From Mytilus trossulus (Eukaryota), in contig NC_086379.1 in assembly GCF_036588685.1 (NCBI RefSeq), forward strand, positions 55,800,001 to 55,864,000: 64,000 bases of DNA, read 5' to 3'. Below are positions 1 through 13,955 of this stretch, piece after piece. Positions within the stretch are counted from its first letter, which is position 1; every line of letters starts with the position of its first letter. The notes below the pieces were generated by a model, which worked only from the letters and a program-made list of their open reading frames with translations, was not told where the DNA came from and made no database searches. Made by a program: the position numbers and the translations under genes.

Positions 1-93
1 ATTGCCATGCAATACTCTTTGAATGCTTGTTTTCTCTGCTCTAGCAATTGTCAGTCTGTCTGTTCATCTATTATTTTTTCTTTTCTGTTCTAG

Positions 94-195
94 CAATGCT
101 ACACTTTTTACTGGAGGAAGATGATTGTTCTATGATGACAGTAAAAGAATATTTAAACATGTATGAACAACCATATGATGTTGTATTAGATAGTG
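94..195 (+). CDS. Internal coding exon of an unidentified gene entering from the left edge (xMLHFLLEEDDCSMMTVKEYLNMYEQPYDVVLDS)
   Basis: Polypyrimidine acceptor ttttctgttctag at 81-93, donor g|gtaagt at 196, open phase1-phase1 frame. Confidence 0.65.
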
Positions 196-1952
196 GTAAG
201 TTTTTTATGTCTATAGGAGTATAGGTGTTATTTTAGTATGTGCTTTAGTCTTATGACATGTCTGGTAGATAATGATGCAATGTTTAAGTCATTCTAAAAG
301 GTTGATTTGAAGGTTGAAGGAAATATCTCTCAGTTTTTGAATTAAAGAAAAGGTGATTTCTGGTTTGACAAAAGCTGTATGAACATTTGTGAACATTAGG
401 TCCTATTTAAGATAGTTGCATTGTTACCTTGAAATGATATTCAAGTTGACCATTTGATACAAAACAAAAAATAGGTCAAGAACCTGTAATTTGAAATCTT
501 ATTAGCCTATACTTATTTAAGGTTTACAGTATAGGACAGTGTTTTAATCTAAAAGGAATGACATCAGAAAATGAAAATCCATTGCTTACATAAATTCATA
601 TTGTTCAATCAGCTGTTTTGAAGCAAGATTAATGATTTTCAAACATAATAAAGCATAACCATATTTTTTTTACCTTTTACATCGTACATGTACCAATTGT
701 TTTTTTTTAATCCTGCAATCAGCCTTGTATTGTACAAATAACAGGTGCACAAATAATTTTTTGCTTTATTTGTTAGTGTAAAATATAAAATTTATTTGAA
801 AATGCTTTCCTCCAGTTTCTAAAGCTCATACAAATAAATTTTATATTTTCTGACAATGTACATATATTGTATATAATTATATTCATCAAGGGATGTTTTT
901 TTATGTGCTGATTTTCATATTTATTTATAAAGGAGTCAGTTATCAACAAATTTTCAAAGTAAGAAAAACAAACCATGTAAAAGCAAGGATTGAAAAACTT
1001 TATAGCTTAATTATCAAAGCAATCAACAGTGATAAGAAACTGCTGAGATGAAAAGAAAATTTTAACAAAAGAGAATTATTTGGAAGTAATAAAAGAATTT
1101 ATATGAAGAAAAATAGTGAACAATAACTTTTTTGTAAAGAGTATACAATGGTTTCTCATACATAAACAACTTTCACATTCATGCATATTCCAGTACATTT
1201 TGTATGTTGCAATACTTTAAACAGTTGTCATTACTCATTCATAAAAAAGGACTGAATTGTTCCAAATTTGATCAATAATGGACCGATTGATGAGAGATCC
1301 ACAGTTTTCATTACCCCTAGATTTATAAGGAGGAACAGGGTAAAATCTGTATGTTGTGTATAATTATATATTTGATTATAGCCCATGTATTAATGTATTG
1401 TCTTTCTTGTTTTATTACAAACAGAAGGTAAAGAAATGATTGCACATCCCACACATAGTCGAATGTTTACACTTACTGTAAAGGACTAACATTAACTTGT
1501 ATTACTAACATATAGTATTTGTAGGTAGAAAAAAAATCATTTCACTATTGTCTATTCCATATAAATTAAACAATATATACGTAAAAAAAAACAAGAGCTA
1601 AGTGAAGAAATACACCTCATATGCATTCTGGAAAAGTGTTAAAACCTATGAATATTATTTACTGGTAAGGTATAGATACTTTTTACCCTGAAAACATATG
1701 TAAAATTTAAAAAAATAGTTAAAACCCTCTAAAAGTAAGAAAATGTAGTCTGGTTATTTTTTTCTTTCTAACAGAAGTTATGTGTCTCAGGTGCTTATTC
1801 TATTTCACTACTATACTGCATAATTCTATTCTTGGATACCTGGTAATAACACAAAACTGTTCTTTGGAAAATTGAAAAATTTATATTTTATTTACTATCT
1901 TGGTCTGTATTCTTATTGAGAAAGTTATACTTAAGAAAGGAACAGTGTTTAA

Positions 1953-2213
1953 GACGGTACCTATCACTACAGGGAGATAACTCTGTACAGTCAGCTTAAC
2001 GTTTTAATTAAGTTGTGTTGTAAAAGGAATATTAAGCTTCTGAATTATCATAATTGGTGTTTGTCAAATTGCTATATAACCAGTATAATTTTTCTAACAA
2101 AACTGTTGGTTCAAAATTTTTTTAATTTTTATACTTTTGTTTCAGTGTCTTGACAAAATTTTATGAAAATTAAACGAGCCAAATTTATTTTAGTGAAAGT
2201 GTTGAGTACCACC
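1953..2213. mobile_element. TTAA-flanked MITE (Kolobok-like)
   Basis: TTAA on both sides (1949-1952, 2214-2217); imperfect TIR gacggtacctatcact / agtgttgagtaccacc. Confidence 0.55.
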
Positions 2214-4749
2214 TTAAGATATTATATATAGAATTGTCAATGTGTTAATTAAAATGATAACCGTATTGTCTCACTCCCTTCGAATGTTTTTTTCAGTAAT
2301 CAATTTATTTACAGAATAGTGTGACTATTTATGTATTATATATATCCGAGTGTGGAATTTTCTTGCTGTGTTGAAGACCAATTGGTTGTCTTGAGCTCTG
2401 TTCTGCTCAGGTTGTTGTCTCTTTGACACATTACCTATTGCCATTCTCAATTTGTGTATTTTATATCTCATTATTCTGAATCTGGCAGTGATATTGCAGC
2501 AATAGCAATTAATTAACCATAATTTGTTGCCCATTGTTCAACAATCTCTGTAAATATCATAACCCATCATTTCCTGTTTTTAGAATTTGCATAATGTACT
2601 TTTCATTATTAACGGCAAATATCCATGCAAATTCTGACGGTAACATTGACATTTGTGATTGATTAAAGTTTTCATGATAGTTAAAGCAAATGAATACTAT
2701 TGAATAGAGATAATGCTATAAGAATTAATGAATCTAAATGAGGCTTATCAGTGTCAACTGTTTTATTTCTGTTAGGAGCCAATTTGAGTGCTAAATACAT
2801 ATTATCTATTGGAAAAGGAAACCCATAGTCAATAAAAAGCTTCTGTCAGAAATATGCTGGATGATTGATGAAGTTCCTAAAAATTATCAAATGTATTTGT
2901 AAATGAATATATGTTAAAAGCATTTTGGTTACTATTGGAACCTTTTAAAACCATAACTTATCTTTTATTTTGAAGATAAAAGATGCTAGCATCCGAAACC
3001 AAACCTAATAGCCTGTCTAAAAAAGAATTAACTATTAGAAAACTTGTTGAGGAAAAGTAATAATTTAAATCAGACATAACACCAGTTGTCTCCCTTTGTA
3101 TTATGTACACACTTTTATGTTGCAGTGATTGAAGGACATGAAGTGCCATACTGAACCCACATTAGTATATATGTAAATGACCATAATAATGAGATAATTA
3201 TTAATAGTTTGATTTCCATCTCACCTACTGACTTTAATATAATAAACTAATTATTTCTAAAGTTGAAAATGCATTGTTTATAAAAAAATGTTCTATTTCA
3301 TTATGATAATTATGAGTATTAGGCTGTGGCAATTATGTTAACGTTGCACATATCAACACAGATTTCTCTTAAATAGTCTTATTTTTATATAAATGTTATG
3401 AATATTTAAAACATTTAGTGTTAGTTTACATTAGAAAGGTTTAAAGATATGTATGTATTGTTAGAGAAGATTGCCATTAAAGGCTGATATCTAAAGTGAA
3501 ATAGAAAATAATGAGAGCAAGTCGTAATAAAATCAGGAACAAGGAAAGACAAAAAACAACCAAATTTTAATTTAAGGAGATATTCACCACAAAATTTTTT
3601 TAATGGTGTATAAATATGAACCTCTGACTCAAAGATCACAAGATAACAGACCACAGGAAAATCATGCCACTTTACCTGGATGCAATATTCTTAATCTAAT
3701 TGCAAGTTGACCAATCTTACTGCCAATTACCTGGTTGTAATGGTAAGTTGACCAATCTTACTGCCAAATGTTGCTTGGCAGAGTATCATTGGTCTGACCT
3801 AGCTGTCATTCAACATTTGAGAAGTTGAAATTCAATATCCTTTTAAGAAATTTTAGGTTCTTGATTTGCAATTTCTTTCCTATATTTAAGCTAAATAGAA
3901 GTTATATTCTATCAAGTTTAATTTTTTTTGTGAGAATAAGTTTTTACACAGGTTGAAATTCATTGTTTGAAACTGCATAAAAAGTTGGGATATATAAAAT
4001 CTTTAATTTGACGGTCTTAATTATTGTCTTTTAAAAAACTTCAAATTTAAAAAATGTTGTGACATTTGTGCAAAAACTGTTCCAGGATATGTTTCTTTAA
4101 AAAGTTACATTCAAGAAGTTACTGAGAAAATAAATGAAAAACAGCAAGTCTTCAAAGTGCATGTTGAAATATGATTTATTTATTGTAGTATTGTAGTATA
4201 TTATAATTAAGGAATCCTGACATTTAAATGCATGATCTTTAATTAAGACTGTATAGTTGTCCTGCTTCCAATTTACACCTTATAGATATAATATGCATCA
4301 ATCAAAAAAAAATAACCAATGAATTAGTTATGTGTTAACCAGTAAATTATAATAGTGAGTTTAGTCAGAGATTACATGGGAGAGAAAGAATGGAATACAA
4401 TATTAATTGAGGTCCAATATTTTAACCTATCAGAAATGCCTGGCTTTTATAGTTATATTCATAAAGTCTAGTAAAATTGTCAGCATACACTGTCATTTTT
4501 AATTTATGAAGAAATCAACATCAAATACATGTAGTTGATACAATATTACAATGAATGATGTAGAAATTAAATCTCTTATGTTTTTTTATGTTTGTGTGGG
4601 TTTTTTAAAGATTTTATCTGTATCAATTTAATTTGGAAAATTTAATTTATATCGTTTATAAAAAAAATCATTTAGTGGTGTTCATATTATATAAGTTCAT
4701 TTGACCCATATTATATAAGTTTGTTTAATCAATATTTTTATTTTTTCAG

Positions 4750-4793
4750 AACTAGTGTGGCCACTTCCAACCAGACTGTTCCCATACAACTAA
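4750..4793 (+). CDS. Probable terminal coding exon of the same gene (ELVWPLPTRLFPYN*)
   Basis: Acceptor ttttttcag at 4741-4749; phase matches exon 94-195 (g+aa=Glu); TAA at 4791; AATAAA at ~4902. Confidence 0.55.
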
Positions 4794-5206
4794 TTTTGAA
4801 AATGAATGTTCATCCTGAATCTGTGATAATTGCTGCCGTCCAGACATAGAAATCTTTGTTTACTTTATTCAAAGTGGAGAAAAGTACACTGTAAACTTCT
4901 AAATAAAAAACTTGTTATTCAACCTTATGCAGTTAGGGGAATCATTAATGTGTTAGTTTTTTGGAACTTTAGAAACTTGTCAAAATGGCATTAAGTATTC
5001 AATGATTACTCTATTTTGACATGATTACTTTGATATGAAATAATTCAACAACTTATGCGCTCAGTTCATACTAAAGGTGAGACATTTACCTTCATAAAGA
5101 GTATTATATTTATTAAGAAAGAAGTACCCTTTTTGAAGATATTTGTTCTCTGGTCTTCATTGTATATTGTATAAACTCATTTGCAGGATAAACTGAAAAG
5201 TTGATA

Positions 5207-5416
5207 CTTTGGATTCATTAATATTCATTGGATACTAATTTTGTGTATTTTTTGGGTACAAGGAAACCAAGAAGTTTCAAAATGTTTAATGAATTACAAA
5301 TTTCTAAAGGAATCTATGCAGTCTTTTCTAAAACCATGGTATTGAATAGCCACTAAATTAAAGGTTTTCCTAAATACACGAAAAATTGGTATCCAAGAAA
5401 ATAAATATATTCACAG
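5207..5416. mobile_element. TA-flanked MITE
   Basis: ta|ctttggattcatt...ttggatac at the left and gtatccaag...ttcacag|ta at the right; imperfect inverted ends. Confidence 0.5.
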
Positions 5417-6279
5417 TACTGAGTAGGCATTTTCAGCTCAAAATTCCCCAATTCAGTTCCAACCTTCTATAAGCTGGTATTTTAAAGAATGATTCCTTTT
5501 GTGCACTTTAAATTGTATAAGTTGAGCATATTTTATTGTTGTTACATAATACCATATGGAAATATATACACATTTTTTTTTAATAAATATTTTATTTCCT
5601 GACTTGTTTTATCAATTATAAGATATATACAATTTAAAAGAGTCATTGGACGAAGTCTAAACCAGGTATATTGTATGGCAACATCAAGAAGGTAGCTAAG
5701 GTACCTATTAAATTTGTGAATTCAACTCCTATTAAAAGTCTCTGTAATTTCTCAGGAAGATGTTGAAGTTCAATATTGAACCTGCTTTAATGGAATTTGT
5801 TTGAAGATTTTTAATCCTTTTCACAGTCTTGGGAACTTAGTCCCCCTTTCTCAAGTAAAAGTACATAAAAACTATATGTATAATCTGTGTTTGTTAAAAT
5901 CACATCACACCAAAGTGATATCACTAAGGTCATCTGTATAATATTTGGAGGTAAAGCAAAGGTAAAAAAAATCAGAAACATGACCTGGACCTTGACATTC
6001 AGCCTTGACATAAATTTTCTGGTATGGGTAATGTATACTAAATCAATTTCCCTGTTATTTAAAACATTTTCCACAAGTTTTATAACTTAAAAATCATTGT
6101 AAGAAACACTATCTTTTAACGTTGAAAGTGACTTTTTTTTTTAGTAGAAGATACAATTTTACATTCATTTTCTTACCAATAACAAAAGAGTAAAGACCTA
6201 CAAATGTTCTCTGAATAATTAATTCATGCATTTTGTGTTATTTGTATTAATTGTAAATATTTCTTGAAATAAGATTTCC

Positions 6280-7775
6280 TTTTTTCGAGCATGCGACTTT
6301 TGTAGCAGAAAGCTCAACATGGAGATAGTGATATGGTGGCTTTCATGGTTCAGTGACTACTTGAACGAAAAAAAAGTTAAAGATTTTTTGTATTCTTTAA
6401 AATTCCTCTCTTGCTATAAGTAATAGGATAACTATATTTGGTATGTGCGTACCCTTCAAGGTCCTCATGCCCGTCAGACAGTTTTGACTTGACCTCCACC
6501 TCATTTTATAGATCAGTGAACAAGGTTTAGTTTTCATGGTTAAGTCCATGTCTCAGATACTATAAGCAATAGGTTTCCTATAATAATATTTGGTGTATGT
6601 AATGATTGTAAGGTGCACATTTCCAACTGGCAGGTGTCATCTGACCTTGACCTTATTTTCATGGCTCATTGGTTATGTTTTGTGTTTTGGTCTGTTTTTT
6701 CTGATACTGTATGCAAAAGTTCTACTATATTTGGTGTATGTAATGATTGTAAGGTGTACACGTCCAGCTTGCAGGTGTCATCTGACCTTGACTTCATTTT
6801 CCTGATTCAGTGGTTATAGTTAAGTTTTTGTCTATTATTTTAATACTGTATGCCATAGGTCAACTATATTTTGACATGTACATGTCAGTTTGATATGTTT
6901 CATTTAACCTTGACCTCAATTTTATGGTTCATTGGCAATCATTGCTCAATGTATTTTTGTTTTGTTTTCTAGTCTGTTTTTCTAATACTTTAGCAATAGG
7001 ATAACTATATTTGGTGTATGGAATGACTGTAATGTTTATATGTCTGTTTGGCAATTATCATCTGACTGATCTCATTTTCACTGTTCATTGGTCAATCTCA
7101 AGTTTTCCTTGTTTAGTTTATTTCGTAGATACAATATGCAAAAGGTAAACTATATTTAAAACATGTAATGATTGTAAGGTGTACATGTCTGTCTGGCAGC
7201 GTTCATCTGACCTTGGCTTTATTTTCATGGTTCATTGATCAATGCTAAGTTTTTCTGGTTAAGTTTATTTCCTCAATTTGCATTAGATCAACTATATCCA
7301 AAGCATATTTGGTGTATGGAATGATTGTAAGGTGTACATGTATTTCCATTTTTGTTTATTTGACCCTGACCTCTTTTTCTTAGGGAGCTACCATTTGATT
7401 TTTATGTTGGGGCTAGGATGAAAAGTTTTGTCCTGCATTTTTTTTTAGCTGTAATCTCTGTCCTGCCTTTTAATTTTTTACTCTGTTCGGTCCTGCCTTT
7501 TTTTTTTGTTTATCCTGACTTTTTTTTACCTAAATTGTCGTCCTGACTTTTTTTTTGCAAGTGTCTCATCCTGCTTTTTTTTACTCAAAACTCCTGTCCT
7601 GCCTATTTTTTTCAAATTTCATCCTAGGCCCCCCCCCCCCCCCCCCCCCCCATAAAATCAAATGGTAACTCCCTTAGATCATGTTAAATTGATAGGATAG
7701 TTGTAGACTAGTAAAGCTTTACATTTCGGACTATCAACACAATATCAAATGGCCAGTGAGATATTTCAAGTGTGA
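6280..7775 (+). mobile_element. Helentron-associated (HINE-like) element with internal ~140-bp tandem repeats
   Basis: Starts in a T-run; about 7 degenerate copies of 'actatatttggtgtatgtaatgattgtaaggtgtacatgtc...tcatctgaccttgacc'; 5' end resembles the element at 63027. Confidence 0.55.
7383..7673. mobile_element. PIF/Harbinger (Tourist)-type MITE nested in the HINE
   Basis: TTA TSD both sides; TIR gggagctaccatttgatttt / aaaatcaaatggtaactccc; internal tcctg repeats. Confidence 0.8.
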
Positions 7776-8364
7776 TGTTAATAATTCTGTGATAATTCGA
7801 TAATTCCAAAACAACAGACTCAATCTACCTCTATCTGAGAATTTTTCTCTAATTTGACTTTATTCTATGACAAATGACAACAGGCTGAGCTTTTGATAAA
7901 TCGAATGATGATTCTGTCTTGGCTGTACTACTATCTATGAAATTGATTAATTAGTCATTTATGAAGCTTTGTATTAGAATATATTTAAAATAAGATTGCA
8001 AAAAGCTGTATTGTTCAACTGTTCATATTGTTGCCCGGTGAAAATGTCTTTAAAAGATTTAGCCGATTATTGATTTGTCTTAAATATATAACTAATCACT
8101 ATCAAAATCCTTGATTTGTGTCTGTAACATACAGGTGATGGGAAATATTTGATTGTCATAAATACTGATATTGTAAACCTCCGAGTAATTGGCAGAAAAT
8201 ACATACCATAGTAACGGATTTTAAATAAAAGGTTTCTACGAAGTGTAGCTGTTTATATTTTATGGATACAACTGTTGACGTAAAATACGTAGAACATGAT
8301 ATAAAGAACTTGGTCACGAACCTTGGAGGACTTTGGCCGATGCATTCATTTTCAATCAGTAAAC

Positions 8365-8652
8365 ATGGGATTAGTTTGTTGTAAAAATTCTTTTAAAACT
8401 GGTGATTACTTAGGTCCTGGAGGCAAATCGTTGACAGGTGCTTTTTTGGCCAATATTGGCGAGATACATTCGTCTTTCGTGTTTGGAATGGAAGATAAAA
8501 CACAGACACAAACAAATGAATCTACGAAGCCTGATATACAGAACCATGATGATACGGTGATAACAATAAACCACAATTGTGCCAGCCAACATCGGCTTCA
8601 TCGTTCACTACAGCGATTAAATTCATCAAGCATGCCACCTATAGAAGTTTAG
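8365..8652 (+). CDS. Candidate 95-aa microprotein with N-myristoylation/palmitoylation motif (MGLVCCK...PPIEV*)
   Basis: aaacATGgga context; possible acceptor ttttcaatcag 5 nt upstream; more GC-rich than flanks; not visibly repeat-derived. Confidence 0.45.
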   Translation: MGLVCCKNSFKTGDYLGPGGKSLTGAFLANIGEIHSSFVFGMEDKTQTQTNESTKPDIQNHDDTVITINHNCASQHRLHRSLQRLNSSSMPPIEV

Positions 8653-10079
8653 AATCAACATATATTCCTTAAAGTTAATATGGTACATTTCGGGAATTAG
8701 TTATAGGAACGAAAAATTCTTGTTCATAACCTAATGCTTCACATGTATGTACACTTCAGACATTATATTTAAACATTCTGTATTGTTTTTTCATAAATCG
8801 TTTTGACAGAGAAAAAAAATAACATATAAAAGCAAAGAAAAATATCAGTTAACTAGAATTTATCATGAATGTCCAACACTGAGAGTGACATCAGTAACTA
8901 TATGCATGTCCCCATCGAAAAAAATCGCTTATCATTTTTGTACCAAATCTCTACCACTAATTTCATATATAAAAAAAAAACAGAAACGAGGCATGATCGA
9001 GTTAACACAAAATTCGAAAAAAATATATACATAGCAAGAATGTATAGCTATCTTCCCGTCTTGATAGATCACCACAGAGCCTTTAAAAATAGACAAAGGA
9101 TGTGGCAAGGAAATTAGAGCTTACCTAATACAGTAACAGAAAACCAGTGCAACACGTTTAAATCTGTTGAATTCGGTACATTTCATCTGACCGGTACTTT
9201 AAACAAATACCTCCAAACAAACATTGTCAGGAGAAAGAAGAAATTCCGAATCTCAAAAAACATGTACATAAACTAGGATGCATTTCATAATATCTTATTT
9301 GATGATTCGCATGAGAGACAGAGGAGGACCGCTCCAGTCATACTCCAGTGATTCCCTATATGATCAACCATTGTTTTCCCACAAAAGGAGGAACTGCCAC
9401 CTCTGAATTAATGATTTGCTATTCGGGCTATAACTTTCCCAGATACAGTTGGTCTTGGAAGGTTTTTGATTTTTTTCTATAATGTGTGTTCTATACGGAT
9501 ATTTCTACTCATTCAAACCAATTGTATATTTATGGTTTGATTGACATGAGTTGGTTCCTTGTGTTCATGCCGTTCTGAACATGTATGAAGTATTTGCCAC
9601 TGGACGTTAACCAACCAACAATCAATCAATCTTGTGTTCAGATATTTACATAAGTAACATTTTTATGAAATAAAAGTTGGATATGTTTGATACAAAAAAT
9701 GGCGAAAGATCCAAAAATATATCAATCTCATAAAATGAAATTATACTGATAATATTATTGCGAGAGAAAAAAATCAAAGAAAAGACTCACAACGGTACAC
9801 AAAAAGCAACCTATAAAACTAAAGAATGGGCATGAAGAACTCCTTTAAAACCCTGTGTTCATCCCAGGTACCCTTTAAGTGTATGCAAACCTTCCTTCAC
9901 TTGTGACACCAATCGTGAGGTCATCTAAGTATTAAGTCGGTGATAAGTCTAATTGGGTAGGTCACATTCGAGATACCTAGAATGGGATTGTGGTAACGAC
10001 AGTTGGACCATACCCGTCGTCGTCTGCTCGTAATGACGTCTGTTTTTTTATGCTCGAGGGGCTGTTTTCAAATTCACCA

Positions 10080-10362
10080 CTCTGTCCTAAAGTTTTGTTC
10101 TCAACCAACCTTTGATTATTAATTTCTATATGTAAGTCAAGGTAGCAGGCAGATTTAACTGTAGCTGTTGCATCATCTATTTCAAGTTCGATGGGATAGA
10201 TGCGTCAAGCATATATCGAGTTATCAAATTATGAGTTATTTAGTGTGAGAACATATTCTATCCTCCTCCATAATAATCTCCTGTATGAAGTCGGCCTTAT
10301 ATTAAAAAGGGCACAAGTTGGCAAGAAGAGGAGCACAGTTGGTTCCTATGGAAATGTCGGGG
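10080..10362 (-). mobile_element. Decayed Penelope-like retroelement RT fragment
   Basis: Minus-strand translation gives GTNCAPLLANL, ADFIQ, RIYPIELEI, TVKSA.YLDLHIEI, typical PLE RT motifs, with frameshifts. Confidence 0.75.
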
Positions 10363-10648
10363 TTTTTTTTTAAACACGTTCTCCAAATGTAAAAGTATAA
10401 CTATTTTAACAGTTATAATGCGTTTAAGAATTTAAGAATTTATTTATCATAATAAAGATATAAACGCAAAGCCAAAACAAACTGCAACATGTCGTTAAAC
10501 TGAAATAGAAAACTGTGTATTGCTTCTCACATCGAAATATATTTTGATGAATATTTGCATATACAACGAACGACTGACGAAAGAAATAAATAAACCTATA
10601 CAAAACGTTTCTAATAAGATCATTTAATCTATTGTTCATGATTGTATT

Positions 10649-11094
10649 TAGAATCATATTCAAAACAGTGTGGTCCTGGCCATTGATTGACGACCTAAAT
10701 TATCCCATTGACTGGGACAGATTAGGTGAACGTTTGTCGGTAACAATCACTGCTCCCTATGTACTTGTTAAATACACTGAATCTGTGAGGTCACCAAAGG
10801 TTCTCAACACCTAAATAAAGCAATTCGAAAAACGAATCCGGAATAAGTACGATGTGTTGATTTATATCAATAATATAAATCAAAACATAAAGGTTATTCC
10901 TGAATAATTTTTCGAATTATTTTATTATTAAAGGCATTAAGAACCTTTGGTGACCCCGCAGTTTAAATTCTATAATAAGTAAGAAGTGAGCAATGGTCGT
11001 TACAGACAAACGTTCACCTAATCTGTCCCAGTCAATGGGATAATTTAGGTCGTCAATCAATGGCCAGGACCATACTGTTTTGAATATGATTCTA
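10649..11094. mobile_element. Palindromic (foldback) MITE with TA at both ends
   Basis: ~90-bp near-perfect TIR (tagaatcatattcaaaacag... / ...ctgttttgaatatgattcta); similarity extends almost to the centre. Confidence 0.85.
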
Positions 11095-12535
11095 TTCATT
11101 TTTGGCCTTTTGGATTGATTCAATTGTATTCATTGTTTAAGAGAGACAGAGGATACGAAATCGATAATCAAACTCTGTACGGAAGAACAAATAATGCCAT
11201 GGAAAAGAAACGAAAAGAGAAATAACAGAATACAAAACACAACATCGAAAACAACAGACTAAGCCCGGGAGAGATCAAGTGTGCTCTGAATGGGTTAACA
11301 CATCCACATGTGATATGCTTTGCTCTGGGTGCGTTAACAGATCCACTTGTGATATGCTTTGCTATGGATGGATTAACAGATCTACATGTGATATGTTTAT
11401 TATGAAGTAACTAGTTACAAATGAAAATAGTTAATTAAGTCAAGAGGTTCATGCTAGAAGATGTAAATAAAAGTAGCTATTTTACAGCAATTGTTTATTT
11501 ATTTTCACTGTTGGACACACATGGTTTTCACTTATAAGGTTACAAGAATGTAATTATTTATATAGGCGACAATAATAGCCCTTTTTTGGTCATGCGTTTT
11601 CACTATCAAAGATCCATTGAAAATGTTTTCGAGTTTTGAATTATCAACACCATTGGGTGTAATTGAAATGGTCAAACACATATCGTGCAGCAGCATTTTT
11701 AATAGAAAAATGGCATTTTTTAAGGGTACTCAATGGTTCCGGAATTTTCGAAATAGTATGAATGAAGAACACCCCTTGCTTAATTTGGCACAGAAAATGT
11801 TGCTTGTCACAGAGAATTTTCTCTAAATGTCTCGCTATTTATACACCAATAGCCTACACCCATTTTGAACTATTTCAATTTTTTATTTCTAATTACAAGG
11901 GCAGCAGAAAATAAATTTGCTTCTACCTATGTTCATCCTGCCTTTAAGTTATGCAAAGTTATTTATGTTCAGTTCTATCCGGGCATATGTATTTATTTTC
12001 AACCCCGCTATAGAAAATCAAATGTGCGTCGCCTATTATTTAAAACAGTACATTTTTTAACTTAAAAAAAAAAAAAAAAAACTCAGCTCTTTTCTTGCAA
12101 TGTGTTAGGATTTTGGGCAAATATTTGAGCTGACATGAATTAACATAAAAAATTGGACTTCATAAATTGGGATAAAGCCGATATAGTAAATCGAGATATC
12201 GGTACTTATCTTTGTTCTTATCGTGCTTCCTGCGGGGAATGATACTTATTTCTGTTCTTATCGTGCTTTCTGCTGGGAATGATACTTATTATTGTGACAA
12301 AAAGAAAATAGAATTTCAGAAAGTATGATTTTATTTTTCTTAAACTTTGGCCTTTTAAGGCAAAAAAAAAATGATTATAAATTTAGTAATAATATTTGTA
12401 AAAAAATAATGCAACAGATATAAGAGTGATTTTACTTTATTCTTATAGAAAACAACAAAGCTTATATGTGCATACTATTGTCATAGAATATATACATACA
12501 CATTATTGCAGAACAACTGTAGACAAGAAAATTAC

Positions 12536-12891
12536 TTAAGAATTGAATGCTCTTTTTTGTAAATTTATTTGGGTGTAAAAGCGTTGACCGAAGTACATTT
12601 TGTATGAAGCGCGGAAGCGCTTCATACTAAAAATGTGCGCATGGTGAACGCTTTTACAACCCTATAAAGTTACAAAAAAAAGCATTCATTACTTATAATT
12701 ACATTTTTACCAATAGGATCATAAAAGCACGCCTTTTATCAAGTTTTTATTTCATTTACCTGTGCACTTTATTGTGGGACCTCGTGTCATCATGTATGAA
12801 AAGTTGCATTGTGTAATGCAATTGATTACGGAATATCACGAGATTGCCAGTTAGCCAATCAGAATAACAAAACATACATCTAATGTAATTA
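12536..12891. mobile_element. Hairpin-plus-tail dispersed repeat, copy 1
   Basis: ~165-bp imperfect palindrome (aagaattgaatgc...gcattca...ctt) followed by a ~190-bp tail ending taatgtaatta; also at 36215, 39651, 41171. Confidence 0.8.
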
Positions 12892-13955
12892 TATGCATAT
12901 AACAGTGGCGTATACAGAGAAAATATTGCAAATCAATATTTTATTACATTCCACGTTAATTGATGCCGGTTAAACAATTGTAAAAACAGATTCAATTGTA
13001 TAAATATACCTTTGAGTATACTGTATCATTTTTTTGTATGTCATATTTGTTCATTTTAAAGGAAATAAAATTCATTCTCAATACCACCTAGTTAGTAACA
13101 TAAAGCACTAACTTCTTTTCCTATCTTTACAGCGCTTGCATGAATGTGCATTGATATATGGTTTAAAATATCACATACTGTAGTGATGAGCTTTAAATTT
13201 TATTAAGCAAAACTTTTAATATGAATCAATTACTAGTATTATAATTGTAAGTAATAATAGTTTTAAGTTTTACCGTTAGCTTTTTCTCTTGAAGTCTTTC
13301 ACATTTTCATGTCAGGGCCTTATATGACCTTATATAGCCGTATATAGCCGTATAAGCCGTATATATACGGTACGAAATTTCTTATTATTGAAGATCATAC
13401 AGTGAGCTATTCTTGGTTATATCATCTTTATTCTCTGTTGAAATAAGATAAATGAATGTACACGTAGGGAAAAAAGTTACGGATACAAAGTCACAGGAAA
13501 GAGGTCATTTCAGAAAATAAAGTCATTATAAAATTTAACAAATAGTAAATACGTATATATATATTAATATTAAACTTTTTGAATATAATTATACTTTAGA
13601 AAAAAATATTTATAAATCATATGATGTCCCAGGTTTCAAATATCATACATGTCATCATGTCTAAAACATATAAAGGTTAAACTATGGAAAATGAAGAAAC
13701 AAAAATCTTTAATCATTTCTAGGTCATTTCACTTTTTCTGACAAATTCTTGTGTGTATAGATATACAGAGTTATAAGAAGACAGCATTTGATATGTGCCG
13801 CACTTCTCCAATTAAAAAAAAAGACCGATCGAATGGAAAATTTTAAAATACCTTTAAATAATAGGAAAACGAAATATTAAAGAAAAAAATACACATTTAT
13901 TGTTTCTTGCAAAAATTGCTTCTGGTTTCTTAAACTACCATAAAGGAATAACAAA

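Noticed and set aside
10632-11123. Two opposite-strand ORFs encoding the same peptide (RIIFKTVWSWPLIDDLNYPIDWDRLGERLSV)
   Set aside because: Produced by the inverted arms of the palindromic MITE at 10649-11094
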